A DNA stretch of 64,000 nt, taken from IMG/VR virus record IMGVR_UViG_3300029258_002326, positions 32,001-96,000 of that record. One strand, written 5' to 3'. Origin of the DNA: a virus. Its lineage: Duplodnaviria > Caudoviricetes. A program made the translations under genes and the position numbers. Positions 8,213 to 18,159 of the stretch are shown here, piece by piece. The first letter of the stretch is position 1. Each line of letters begins with the position of its first letter. Below the pieces are notes generated by a model. That model was not told where the DNA came from, did no database searches, and saw only the letters and a list, made by a program, of their open reading frames with translations.

Positions 8213-9829
8213 ATGCCCCAGGTGCTAATCGAAGCTAGCCCGGTTCAGATGACTCTCACGGAGTCTAAGAACGGGAAATTTGTTGCTCGTGGTGAGTTCG
8301 GACGCGTAGGTATCCCAACTCAAAATGGTCGCATCTATCGTAAAGAGCTGATGAACAGAGAGATCGGCAGACTTTCGGAGGACATCTCTTCTCGTCGGGT
8401 ACTAGGTGAGCTTGACCATCCATCCGACGGTAAGACTTCGCTAAAGCGGGTTTCTCATGTGATTACCGATCTGACAGTCAACGATGACGGTCTGATTATC
8501 GGAGAGGCAGAGATTCTGGATACCGCAGAGGGTAAGAATCTCAAGGCCCTCATCGCTGCCAATGTTCAGATAGGCGTTTCCTCTCGTGGATTCGGGAGCA
8601 CTCGCCCATCTGACGATCCCAAGGTGGAAGGCGATGTTGTCCAAGATGACTTCGTTCTGAAGACATGGGATTTCGTAGCTGATCCTGCGGTCAAGACAGC
8701 GCTTCCTGAGATCTTCATCGAGGATGTTAACGAGAAAGAGGATGCAGCAGATCTGTTCTTGGCTGAGTTCCCTGAGATTGCAGGGAAGATCCAAGAGGAC
8801 GCCAGGGTGAAGGCCCAGGCAGAGATCGACGCTACTGCCAAGGAAGAACTCCGCAGGGAAATGGCGGAGGGATTCGAGCAGCGTTTAGCGGATGCAATCA
8901 CTGGTGTGCGTGCGGATCTCACTGAGTCCATCCGTGAAGAGTTCCAGTCCGATCCAGAGGTAGGCGGGGCGAAAGGCGTCCTGGCTGCTATCTCTGAGAT
9001 GGTGTCTGCGTACAACTCGGTTCCAGACGAGGACGCTGTACGCGATTCTCTCCGAGCTTCCGAGCTAGAGGTATCCGAGGCAAGGCAGCAAGCCAAGGAT
9101 GCCGAGAAAGCGGCGCTGAGAGCGCAGTGCGAGCTGGTTATCGAGAGGAACATCGGCGAGCACCCGATGCGTGATGCGTTTAGGAATATCATCGAGGGTG
9201 TAGAATTCACCAGCGTGGATGACGCAGAACGCAAGATTGGCATCATGATCGAGGAAGCCCCTGACCTGAGTGAGGGGTATGTGTCTGATGCAGAGGCGGA
9301 GCTTCGCGAGGAGAACGCCAAGTTAAAAGGTCAAATTTCTCTCCTGTCGGAGAAGACTGATACGTTGAATGATAAATTGTTGAAAGCTGTAGAAGTGGGT
9401 ACGGAGGCCAGCGATCAATTACAGGCGGCGCGAAACGCCTTGGAAGAGTTCGATGGCAAACTTGAGGCTATGACGGAAGAGCGCGACGAAGCATTAGCCG
9501 AGGCGGATAATGCGGAGAAGCGTTCCAGGTTGGAAGCCTACAAGGTCCAAAAGGTTGCTGGATTGTCTAATGGTAGACAGTTGATGAGCGTAATGGAGGG
9601 TGTAACTTCCAAGAGCGCAATTGATACGTTGGTTGAAGAGAGGGGAGTTCAAGGGATCCCAGGAGGAGATCTGGAGGCTATGCGGGCAAGGTTGTCCCGT
9701 GGCCAGGCCATGTCCGAGAGGGAATTGAACGAGTCGCATCAAGCTAAGCCTTCCGCATCTGGTCGTCCACAGGTCGACGAGTTCGGTAACAACATGAGCG
9801 AGATGCAACGCCTAGCCGGTCTGGAGTAA
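8213..9829 (+). CDS. Prohead protease (T4 gp21-like) fused to a coiled-coil scaffold domain
   Basis: NGRIY, LGELDHP, VSHVI, GVSSRGFGS and WDFVADPA motifs followed by an acidic helical region. ATG 8213 follows AGGTGA. Confidence 0.9.
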   Translation: MPQVLIEASPVQMTLTESKNGKFVARGEFGRVGIPTQNGRIYRKELMNREIGRLSEDISSRRVLGELDHPSDGKTSLKRVSHVITDLTVNDDGLIIGEAEILDTAEGKNLKALIAANVQIGVSSRGFGSTRPSDDPKVEGDVVQDDFVLKTWDFVADPAVKTALPEIFIEDVNEKEDAADLFLAEFPEIAGKIQEDARVKAQAEIDATAKEELRREMAEGFEQRLADAITGVRADLTESIREEFQSDPEVGGAKGVLAAISEMVSAYNSVPDEDAVRDSLRASELEVSEARQQAKDAEKAALRAQCELVIERNIGEHPMRDAFRNIIEGVEFTSVDDAERKIGIMIEEAPDLSEGYVSDAEAELREENAKLKGQISLLSEKTDTLNDKLLKAVEVGTEASDQLQAARNALEEFDGKLEAMTEERDEALAEADNAEKRSRLEAYKVQKVAGLSNGRQLMSVMEGVTSKSAIDTLVEERGVQGIPGGDLEAMRARLSRGQAMSERELNESHQAKPSASGRPQVDEFGNNMSEMQRLAGLE

Positions 9830-9858
9830 CTAGAGCGGCCTAACCAACGGAGAAATTG

Positions 9859-11457
9859 ATGGAAGCTAGAGAACTATTCGAGCAAGCCGGAGCCAAGACT
9901 GTTTTTGACGAGTCTTATACTGGTGCATGCGTCCAAAAATGGGGAAAGATGCTTGGCGGCATCGAGGACACCCATCTGAAGAAAAACACCGCTGTCCTTT
10001 TGGAGAATGAGCTTCAACATTTGAAGAGCTTCAATGAGGATACTCTATCCACAAACGCAGGCGCGTTCACGAAATACGTGTTCCCGATCCTGCGCAGGGT
10101 TTTCCCGAATCTGATTGCCAACCAGTTGGTATCGGTTCAGCCCATGACCTCTCCTGTTTCCGGCATCTTCTACTACGAGAAAAAGTACGAAGATCGCAAA
10201 GGAACCAAGATTCCTCAGACACCTATTGCTGATCTTCCGACAGCCATGGGTTACGACGGTGAATTGGCAGCAGGCGACAATCTCAATCAGAACTTCGCGA
10301 AGTATTACAGCTCTGAGTTCGTAGACTACGACGTAGTTTGCACAGACACAGGAACGTCCACAGACGCCCTGACCCAGGCTGGAACCAACTGCCGTGGAGC
10401 AGCATGGTCTCCCATCCGTGACAACGGAACAGTCGGACAGCGCACTTTCTACGTCAAAGCGTACTACCGCTTTGTCGATCCTGATGCTGCATCGGCTCCA
10501 ACCGAAGCCATCGCCACAATGGATGCTTCTGGCAATCTGATCGACAATACTGCCACTGGCAACACCGTTGGAACATTCACCATCGCCACAGGCGCATGGG
10601 CGATTGATCCTGTCGGTTCCGGTGGTACAGCTGCTGGCGCATTGTTCGTCGACAACACCGTCATCTACCTCCAGTATTTCGTGAACTGGGAACTCGTAGG
10701 CCAGACTTCTGGTGCCGAGATTCCTTCGATTGGTCTGGACATCACTCTATCGACCGTTCAAGCCGAGAGTCGTAAGCTCAAAGCTCGTTGGTCCGTAGAA
10801 GCCATGGACGACCTCAAAGCCCTTCACGGCTTGGATGCAGAGACAGAGTTTGTTTCTACGTTCTCCAACGAGGTTCTTCTGGAGACAGACCGCGAGATCA
10901 TCACAGACCTCGTGAACAACGCCGGTCACACCGCTGCTTACACCTACAGCTCGACTGTTCCTGGTGAAGTAGAGAGCATTCGCCAGCTGCTGACTCAAAT
11001 CAGTGCAGTGTCCGCTCGCATTCACAAAACAACCACTCGCGCTCCCGCGAACTTCCTGGTTGTTTCGACTGCGGTCGGTGGACTCCTGGACCAACTCTCG
11101 ACACACGGCGACTTCGCCTCCATCGAGCAGAATATCCAGAGCCCAAGTTACGGTCCTGTGACTGCCAACTTCGGCATCACCAGAATCGGAACTCTGCTTC
11201 GCAAGTATGCGGTCTACCAAGATCCTTACATGGCGGACGGACAGATCCTCGTCGGTCTCAAAGGCAACAGCTTCCTGGACGCTGGTTACGTGTACGCACC
11301 TTACGTGCCACTACAACTGACACCAACCTTCATGGATCCGAACGACTTCACATTCCGTAAGGGTGTCCGCACTCGTTACGCAACTAAGATGTTGCGTCCT
11401 GAGTACTACGGAGTGATCAACGTTTCGGGTCTGCCTTCGGTGACAACTAGTCTCTAA
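9859..11457 (+). CDS. Major capsid protein (T4 gp23-like)
   Basis: RRVFPNLIANQLVSVQPM, ESRKLKARWSVEAMDDLKALHGLDAE, EVLLETDREII, YAPYVPL, GVRTRYA. Confidence 0.96.
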   Translation: MEARELFEQAGAKTVFDESYTGACVQKWGKMLGGIEDTHLKKNTAVLLENELQHLKSFNEDTLSTNAGAFTKYVFPILRRVFPNLIANQLVSVQPMTSPVSGIFYYEKKYEDRKGTKIPQTPIADLPTAMGYDGELAAGDNLNQNFAKYYSSEFVDYDVVCTDTGTSTDALTQAGTNCRGAAWSPIRDNGTVGQRTFYVKAYYRFVDPDAASAPTEAIATMDASGNLIDNTATGNTVGTFTIATGAWAIDPVGSGGTAAGALFVDNTVIYLQYFVNWELVGQTSGAEIPSIGLDITLSTVQAESRKLKARWSVEAMDDLKALHGLDAETEFVSTFSNEVLLETDREIITDLVNNAGHTAAYTYSSTVPGEVESIRQLLTQISAVSARIHKTTTRAPANFLVVSTAVGGLLDQLSTHGDFASIEQNIQSPSYGPVTANFGITRIGTLLRKYAVYQDPYMADGQILVGLKGNSFLDAGYVYAPYVPLQLTPTFMDPNDFTFRKGVRTRYATKMLRPEYYGVINVSGLPSVTTSL

Positions 11458-11489
11458 GGCTTAGCTCACTAGTTTGATCAGAACCCCCA

Positions 11490-11526
11490 GGGCTGGGTCG
11501 GGAAAACCGGCTCGGCCCTTTTTTTT
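11490..11526 (+). terminator. Intrinsic terminator after the capsid gene
   Basis: GGGCTGGGTCGG-GAAAA-CCGGCTCGGCCC followed by T8. Confidence 0.9.
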
Positions 11527-11540
11527 GAAGGAGATTTTTC

Positions 11541-11966
11541 ATGTCTAAAAAATATATGCTCGCAGGATTCCAGACCAAGCCATGTACCCATCACGGGGTT
11601 AAGCATGTGGCAGCCGAAGGAAATGCTCCTGCACGCAAGATATTTGTCGATGTAGCGTTCAAACCGGGCAAGATTACGGAGACGGATCTTGACATGAGCG
11701 CAATCGTGGAGGCCGGGTATATTACCGAGGTGCTGATTGCCAAACCGCCAGTCAAGGCGCCGGAGAAAAAAATTGTTGCTCCCGAAGTGCCGCAGGGTGA
11801 CAATGAGAAGCAAGATGAGCCTATAAAAGTCGAGATCGGCGATATGGAGGCGACCATAGATCCTGGTAAAGACGGTGAGCTTGGCACGAAAGACGATGTC
11901 GTAGAGGTCAAGCCGAAGCCCAAGAAGTCCAAAAGGAGGAGCAAGTTATCCTCTCTGAAGAACTAG
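11541..11966 (+). CDS. Hypothetical protein
   Basis: 141-aa ORF with AAGGAG RBS; contains PGKDGELGTKDD. Confidence 0.6.
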   Translation: MSKKYMLAGFQTKPCTHHGVKHVAAEGNAPARKIFVDVAFKPGKITETDLDMSAIVEAGYITEVLIAKPPVKAPEKKIVAPEVPQGDNEKQDEPIKVEIGDMEATIDPGKDGELGTKDDVVEVKPKPKKSKRRSKLSSLKN

Positions 11967-12128
11967 GAATGACAAGGTCGATGAACCTTTCTGTGGAAAA
12001 GGCCAGCACAAGCATTGAAGCAGAGGGGTTCGTGGGTCTTCTTCTTGATAAGTGTCTGAATATTACCCGTTTACAGAGTTCATGGTTGGCGAACCGTCAG
12101 CCTGTCTCAACATGGATGAGGTTTTGAA

Positions 12129-12776
12129 ATGAGTATTCTGAATGAGATGCTAGAGATGGCTGGGGTTTCCGATGCCGATCTTCCTGAGTCCAATGGTTCC
12201 AGCGAGGAATTAGCCGAGGCAATGTCCAGGGTCAAGCATACACATGATCCGGGCAGGCAGAATCTTGTGGTTACTCACCCACAGGATGTTTTCAGGGCTG
12301 TCTTATCTCCGCTTGGTGCTTCGCCCATGCCTATGGCTGGTTACTCAGCATCAGCTCCGGTGGACTCTCCTAATGCGATTCAGATAAGGGCAGCCCTAGA
12401 GGAGCGGGGATACAAGAACCATTATCCTGTTCTTGTTCTTTATGCGCTTAGCCCGGCGACCAACAAAGAGAGCAGGATTGCATCGTTTGAATTCGGCAAC
12501 AAGGTTCTCTACAGTGATTTAGGGGGCAGGCATAGCGCCTGGACCGTTGAAGGCGATCCATCTTTTGAACATGTCGGCAAGGCCGAAGCTGCCATTAATG
12601 TTGTAGTTTCAAAAGCCTCTAAGTTCATCAAAAATTATGTCAAAGCGGCTCAGAAGGTTCCAAAGAGCCCTGTTGGAGGAGAGTCTATCGACAGGGCATT
12701 GCAGATAAACAAGGAATTGGGTTTAAGGATACCTGAGGCAAAACTCAAGAAGCTCTTTCACGTACTGGGCAAGTAA
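12129..12776 (+). CDS. Hypothetical, possibly an internal head protein
   Basis: Acidic leader MSILNEMLE...LPE..LAE followed by a basic body. Confidence 0.5.
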   Translation: MSILNEMLEMAGVSDADLPESNGSSEELAEAMSRVKHTHDPGRQNLVVTHPQDVFRAVLSPLGASPMPMAGYSASAPVDSPNAIQIRAALEERGYKNHYPVLVLYALSPATNKESRIASFEFGNKVLYSDLGGRHSAWTVEGDPSFEHVGKAEAAINVVVSKASKFIKNYVKAAQKVPKSPVGGESIDRALQINKELGLRIPEAKLKKLFHVLGK

Positions 12777-12809
12777 TCTCAGATCGCTTCAATTGGAAGG
12801 AAAATCAGT

Positions 12810-13484
12810 ATGGCACTGGAACACGAGATGAGAATGAAAAACGTTGTCCCTGTTGGAGAGCTTTCAACAGGTGACTCGGTTGTTGTCCGGACTCGAATGG
12901 GCAAAGAAGTCATGTCGGGGTCTGTCCGGACGGTGACTCCTTTCGGTATCATCATGGCGGAGAGCAGCGGGGGAACTAGCTTCTTCCGGAGTTCTCTCTA
13001 TCTGTTCGCGTCTGAGAAGGCGGAGGAAGAGGTAGAGAATGCCCTCGATTCTCGTGTTCAGGCCAAGCTGGATGCAATGAGTGAGGCGGGGGATCCTACT
13101 GCCTCGGATACCGGGGGAGCAAAGAAGATGTCCTCCAGTATAGCCAAGAAGGACAAAGAGGACGAAGAGGACAAGGAAGACGAAGAAGACGAAGAGTCCA
13201 AGGACGATAAAGAAGACGACAAGAAAGACGACAAGAAGGGTAAGAAGGATGGGGACAGCGATTCTGTCGATCCGGAAGACCTTCCGTCGGATATAAAAAG
13301 CTCCATTTCGTCGGCTGGCGAGTTCAGCGACGCTGAGGCTAACGAAGTTCTGTCTGACATAAACGACATAGCTATCAAGACGTTGAAGCGGAATGGCATT
13401 CTCGAAAAGGACGTTCTCCGCGTGGCTCAGGCTATCAGCGATGCTGTTGACAAGGTCTTGGCAGGAGAAGTTTCGAAGGAGTAG
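12810..13484 (+). CDS. Hypothetical protein with a D/E/K low-complexity linker
   Basis: ORF with AAGGA RBS, coupled to the neck gene. Confidence 0.55.
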   Translation: MALEHEMRMKNVVPVGELSTGDSVVVRTRMGKEVMSGSVRTVTPFGIIMAESSGGTSFFRSSLYLFASEKAEEEVENALDSRVQAKLDAMSEAGDPTASDTGGAKKMSSSIAKKDKEDEEDKEDEEDEESKDDKEDDKKDDKKGKKDGDSDSVDPEDLPSDIKSSISSAGEFSDAEANEVLSDINDIAIKTLKRNGILEKDVLRVAQAISDAVDKVLAGEVSKE

Positions 13485-13487
13485 CCA

Positions 13488-14207
13488 ATGCGTTTCAACG
13501 AGGCTCAAATAAAAGAGTGGATCCAGCGGCGGCTAGGCTTAGGGACAGTAAAGGTCGAGCTGACTGCGGAGCATCTCAACGACGCCATAACCGACGCTAA
13601 AGTATGGTGGCAGTCCTGGGTTGGCCAGGGCAAAGGGACCCTGTTTACGCTGACCGGGGCTACCGAGTACGATGTGGATACGATTGCGGACGATGTTGAC
13701 TCAGTGGTTGATGTTGCATTTGAGGTGTCTGGTCATTCGCTGACTGATTATTTCAAGTGGGCGGATGTAGAGGTGAACCCATATCAGTGGATTTACGGCG
13801 GCGGCGGTGGTGGATACTCGGCACTTCTTCAGTACACTCAATACAGGGAGATGGCCAAGCAGATTGCAGGTGCTGAGCAGGATTGGGTTTTCGAGCGAGC
13901 AAGAAGAGTGTTGGTCCTGACTCCGCAGCCAGATGCGGGGACCACGATACTTGTGAATTACATCTCTCGGAATGTGGATCTCACGTACCTAGAGAACCAT
14001 GAGATGTACATTTTCAGGAAATATGCCCTGGCTCAAGCGATGAAGACTTTGGCTACTATCCGGATGAAATACTCTGGGAAGCCTTCGGCGACCGGGGAGT
14101 TCACGATGGATGGAGATGCTCTCTATGCGAATGGAGAGGCTCTAGAGCAAGACACCGAGGAGAAGGCCAGGTTGCTTCAGGCGCCAGTCGGCTTCTTCGC
14201 AGAATAA
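13488..14207 (+). CDS. Neck/head-tail adaptor (T4 gp13-like)
   Basis: IKEWIQRRLG..VKVELT.EHL.DAI N-terminus and IRMKYSG..G.FTMDGDAL..PVGFF C-terminus. Confidence 0.8.
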   Translation: MRFNEAQIKEWIQRRLGLGTVKVELTAEHLNDAITDAKVWWQSWVGQGKGTLFTLTGATEYDVDTIADDVDSVVDVAFEVSGHSLTDYFKWADVEVNPYQWIYGGGGGGYSALLQYTQYREMAKQIAGAEQDWVFERARRVLVLTPQPDAGTTILVNYISRNVDLTYLENHEMYIFRKYALAQAMKTLATIRMKYSGKPSATGEFTMDGDALYANGEALEQDTEEKARLLQAPVGFFAE

Positions 14208-14210
14208 TTT

Positions 14211-14226
14211 GCGAACTTGAGTTCGC
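14211..14226 (+). repeat. Dispersed palindromic motif, copy 3
   Basis: GCGAACTTGAGTTCGC, intergenic. Confidence 0.92.
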
Positions 14227-14237
14227 GGGAGAAAGAA

Positions 14238-15614
14238 ATGTACCACGACATCAAGAAGCTGAAAGAGATGCACGAGGACGTCCTGGAGATCCTCAGCGAG
14301 GACGACAAGGCCAAGCTCGGGTATAGGAAGTTGGACGAGAGCGCCGTTGTTGATCAGATTCATCAAATCGACGAGTCTGACATAGCAATATCCGGTAACC
14401 TGGTTCCCCTCATGCGCATGCAAGACCGCAAGGACATCAAGCCTGCGCAGGGCAAAGAGAGCGATGCAGAGATTTACTTCACATTTGAAGACCTCTCCGA
14501 CGCGCAGGAGCTGTATGACTTCGTGTTGGACACAGGGATGTTGGAAGCCGGTGAAGTCAGATTGACCATGGAGTCGGGGCAGAACTCTGTCCATTTTGCT
14601 CCACATGTGATCTGGACCAAGCCGGACGTTTTCCAGGCCGTACTCATGGCGTATGACGAGTACGTTACCGAGGATAGCGACGAAGCAGTAGACAACTTGA
14701 CTGAGGCCGTAATGGTTGCCTTAGACGAGAAGTACAAGGTTTCTGGAGCACCCAAGAAGCGCAAAAAGGGCAACCCGTTCCACGACAAAGAGGGGAAACT
14801 TTCTGGTCCAAAGGAGATCGACAAAGCGGACGGTGGATCCTTTTCCTCTGGCAAGACCAAGCTCAAGTTCACGAAGGCAAAGAAGGCCAAAAGTGGTGAC
14901 ATGGTAGCGAACTTTGCGTCTACCAAGCGTCCCTGTGGAAGAACTGCTCGCGAAAAAGGTAAAGACATTCGCTGCTGGGACGGTTCAAAAGGCGCAGGGG
15001 CCGCTATGGCCAAGGTCCTAAAGAAGAAGCTCAGGAAAGAGGACATCTCTGACGATGAACTCCGCACATTCATCGAGGCACTGGACTATCTTGACCGCAG
15101 CGTTGCCATGATGGAGGCAGAGCGCGGAGAGGAAAGAGGAGAGACACCCCCTTTTCAAAGTAAAGACATCGACTTAAGAGAGGCTCAGAAGGCCGACCCT
15201 GCATTGGCCATGCCCGACGACGAGAAGAAGGCAAAGCCAGGGGCTTTCAAGATTAGCCAGAAGGCGATCAAGCTGTTCAAGTCTGGCATTCCCGAGTGGA
15301 CACTGGACAAGGCGCTGTTTACAAAGGTCAACAAGGTCATAGACGAGATAGGCTGGGATGATTGGAACAAGGTGTTTGGTACGGAAGATCGTGCCGAGGC
15401 CCAGGATGTTATTGCTCGCTCGCCTAAGAGGGCATTTCAGAAGTTCATGCGAAACATTCACAGGCATTCCCCCATGCTTGGTAAGTATATCCGGGCGGTT
15501 CCCTCGAACGCTTCGATTATCTTTTACATAGCTGTGTCGAAAATCTCCGGGGTTGACATGGCAGACATCATTCTGAAGAAATATTTCCTTACCAAAGACG
15601 AGACAGAAAAGTAA
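14238..15614 (+). CDS. Hypothetical multi-segment virion protein
   Basis: ATG 14238 follows GGAGA. Alternating acidic/basic segments, GNPFHDKEGKLS motif, repeated L/I-x-E sites. Confidence 0.55.
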   Translation: MYHDIKKLKEMHEDVLEILSEDDKAKLGYRKLDESAVVDQIHQIDESDIAISGNLVPLMRMQDRKDIKPAQGKESDAEIYFTFEDLSDAQELYDFVLDTGMLEAGEVRLTMESGQNSVHFAPHVIWTKPDVFQAVLMAYDEYVTEDSDEAVDNLTEAVMVALDEKYKVSGAPKKRKKGNPFHDKEGKLSGPKEIDKADGGSFSSGKTKLKFTKAKKAKSGDMVANFASTKRPCGRTAREKGKDIRCWDGSKGAGAAMAKVLKKKLRKEDISDDELRTFIEALDYLDRSVAMMEAERGEERGETPPFQSKDIDLREAQKADPALAMPDDEKKAKPGAFKISQKAIKLFKSGIPEWTLDKALFTKVNKVIDEIGWDDWNKVFGTEDRAEAQDVIARSPKRAFQKFMRNIHRHSPMLGKYIRAVPSNASIIFYIAVSKISGVDMADIILKKYFLTKDETEK

Positions 15615-15635
15615 GTCTCTCAGAAGGGTCTAACC

Positions 15636-16190
15636 ATGGCTCGTGTCTACTACGACGAAGACGCTACGTATTTGCGTAGCCTTGAGGAGGAGCGGATCGA
15701 GCTATCAGGGCCGACCTGCGAATACTTCTCACTGAACAGGGGACAGAACGTCGACGCTCTTTACGGGGAGCCGACCAATGATCCCCTGTACGGTGGGTCT
15801 TCGCCTCCTGGGACTCCATCTAGGAGCGAGGACGCGTGGAACTTTTACCCTGACGCGGAGGCAGAGATACCGGAGCCTGATATTACCTTCCCGTGCGCTA
15901 TGGAGTTCGTCGAATCTGACGGGCGGACTCCTTCTGTTCGGGAGGGTGGTTTCGTTGCTGAGTTCGACGGCATCGTATCCATATCCAGGAACCACTGGGA
16001 GTGTGCCTACGAGGGGACCACCGTGGAGGGGCGTCTACCCAAAGAAGGTGACGTGATTTATGTGTTTGATGAGTGGTGGGATGTTGTTAGATCGGGAACT
16101 AGCGGTAATGTGTTAGACTCGACGACGTACGTGGGATTCAGGCTAGAAGTGAAGAAAAGAACTCAGTTTACGCCTGATAAGAAGGACTGA
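15636..16190 (+). CDS. Neck/head closure protein (T4 gp14-like)
   Basis: E.IELSG..C.Y......DALYGE, PKEGDVIY; synteny with the gp13-like gene. Confidence 0.7.
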   Translation: MARVYYDEDATYLRSLEEERIELSGPTCEYFSLNRGQNVDALYGEPTNDPLYGGSSPPGTPSRSEDAWNFYPDAEAEIPEPDITFPCAMEFVESDGRTPSVREGGFVAEFDGIVSISRNHWECAYEGTTVEGRLPKEGDVIYVFDEWWDVVRSGTSGNVLDSTTYVGFRLEVKKRTQFTPDKKD

Positions 16191-16192
16191 CG

Positions 16193-16573
16193 ATGATTGA
16201 TGCTGATAGCGCAAACAAAGCTGTTAAAAACGGACTGGTTGCAATGTGCGCTTGGTGCGAGAGGCTATGGGAATCGTACGACAAAACAGGGTCGTTATCG
16301 TGCCGGGAGGACTGCGGCGGACCGGCGTCTAGCCGTGGGTTTCCTCGGTACAAGGGTCCTTGGAGGCAGGGGCGAGCACGCTTCTGCTTTAGGTGCGGGG
16401 GAGAGGCCACCGCAATGGTCGAGTTCAGGGAGCGAGACGGCGAGCGCCACATGATCGGGATATGCGAAGAGCATATGGATGAGCTGAAAAGGATCGTGGG
16501 CAGTCAAAAGGGTGTAATTGTTAAGGAGAAGAGAATCAGCATAATGGATCTCTTTGATTCAGAGGCAACATGA
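16193..16573 (+). CDS. Cys-rich putative zinc-binding protein
   Basis: CAWC, CREDC, CFRC, CEEH. Confidence 0.55.
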   Translation: MIDADSANKAVKNGLVAMCAWCERLWESYDKTGSLSCREDCGGPASSRGFPRYKGPWRQGRARFCFRCGGEATAMVEFRERDGERHMIGICEEHMDELKRIVGSQKGVIVKEKRISIMDLFDSEAT

Positions 16574-18156
16574 CCAAGATTGCTCGGTTCGGAACAGGCG
16601 CAAGCGGTGGCGTTTATATAAACGACATTGAGCCAAACGGAGGAGGGAACGTCGGGGGCAAGGTCTTTGTGACCGGCTCCAATGACAACATCCTTGAGTC
16701 CTGCGTTGCCGATGATCCGAATTTGAGAGTTTACGTTGTTGCCTTGATCGGCGTGAGCAACCTAAGACCAGCTGTTTCTGTGAACGGAGTGTCCGTAGGC
16801 AACTGGGATTATGATGCGTACGAGACAGATAATCGGGTGCTGTTCAGGGGATACGCGGACATCGTTCTGAGTGGGACGGTTGTCACGGCTACCCATGAGG
16901 ACGGGGTGACAGATTCGTGCATAGTGGAAGCGGACCCTCGTCCTGTTATTTCATCTGCTGAATTCGTGGGCGTGTATCCGACTGGTCCGACGGGCGTTGT
17001 TCAGACACAGGTGAAGGACGGGGATACGTTCTCCGTCTCTGTGGCCACTGACATCGATTTTGACAGGGTTGAGTTCGAGGACAGTGGAGCGCTTAGGTCT
17101 GGGACGCAGGCGGTCACACAGGGGGTCTCAGCGACCGTGGACGCGACGATAGATGCAACAGGGACCAGTACGCAGTCCTTGGGCGGTCGCGTGCGCGTGA
17201 GTACACCCTCTGGCTCGTGGAGCGAGTGGTTCAATATTACGAACACCGTGGACTGCAATGACACTGTTCCGAGCGTGTCGTTTGGGCTGAAGACGTATCC
17301 GGCTGGGCAGAGTGCACTGAAGAACAGCGAGTCGGCTACTGTGGTGAATACCATCTCCGGATGGAGCGCTTCTGTGGACGAGGTTACGTATTCGACTCCT
17401 GGGCAGCTCGCGATAGTGAACGACACAGTGTACGAGAGTCCTAAGTCGGTAAGCCGGGCGAGCGGATCGTACAATGTTACCGTGGATAATCTCAGTATTC
17501 TGGCTACCAGGATCGCGAATGGGGCGCAGGATACGAGCAGTACAGTCATAAAGATCGCCAACGTTCTGCCCGTGATAGATGTCTCGATAGTGGGAGCGAC
17601 TAGGATGAGGACGGGCGGCAACGATGGGACACCTGTCCAGTCTTACCAAATCCTCATTGAGTCCTCTCAGGATCTGATTTCGGCGCCCTTGCTTTCCAAG
17701 GCTGTTGCCGATGACAACGCGTTTGGTATGTTCTCCGGATCCGGCGACACATGGACGGCCACGTATGAGGCCGACGATGACAACCCGGTGGGTTCTTTTG
17801 CCTGGAATACACTGTCGGCTACGAACCTATCAGGGATGACTCAGACGACGATTGCGAGCGGTGTGAACTATGAAGTTGGCGGGTTCGTGTCTCGGACGAT
17901 TGCGATACCTGGAAGCGTCGACAATGGGGAGATAAATGTAAGGATTACAGAGTGGACATCGAAGATTGTCTTCTCGTGGACGTCTGATGCGACAGTAATC
18001 ACAAAGGGAACAATCGGAGATACTACACAATACATACAGGACACATGGACCATTGATGCGCTGGACACGTATCCGACAAGGATCTTGATACAGGACACGT
18101 CTGCTGCGCTTTCATCGACCGACGTAAGTTACGTTACGCTTGAAGAGGAAGAGTGA
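16570..18156 (+). CDS. Beta-rich structural protein, paralogous to the C-terminal ~520 aa of ORF 57140-59791
   Basis: Direct alignment from VYINDIxPNGGGNVG through to the C-terminal LEE/IEE. Confidence 0.7.
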   Translation: MTKIARFGTGASGGVYINDIEPNGGGNVGGKVFVTGSNDNILESCVADDPNLRVYVVALIGVSNLRPAVSVNGVSVGNWDYDAYETDNRVLFRGYADIVLSGTVVTATHEDGVTDSCIVEADPRPVISSAEFVGVYPTGPTGVVQTQVKDGDTFSVSVATDIDFDRVEFEDSGALRSGTQAVTQGVSATVDATIDATGTSTQSLGGRVRVSTPSGSWSEWFNITNTVDCNDTVPSVSFGLKTYPAGQSALKNSESATVVNTISGWSASVDEVTYSTPGQLAIVNDTVYESPKSVSRASGSYNVTVDNLSILATRIANGAQDTSSTVIKIANVLPVIDVSIVGATRMRTGGNDGTPVQSYQILIESSQDLISAPLLSKAVADDNAFGMFSGSGDTWTATYEADDDNPVGSFAWNTLSATNLSGMTQTTIASGVNYEVGGFVSRTIAIPGSVDNGEINVRITEWTSKIVFSWTSDATVITKGTIGDTTQYIQDTWTIDALDTYPTRILIQDTSAALSSTDVSYVTLEEEE

Positions 18157-18159
18157 TCC

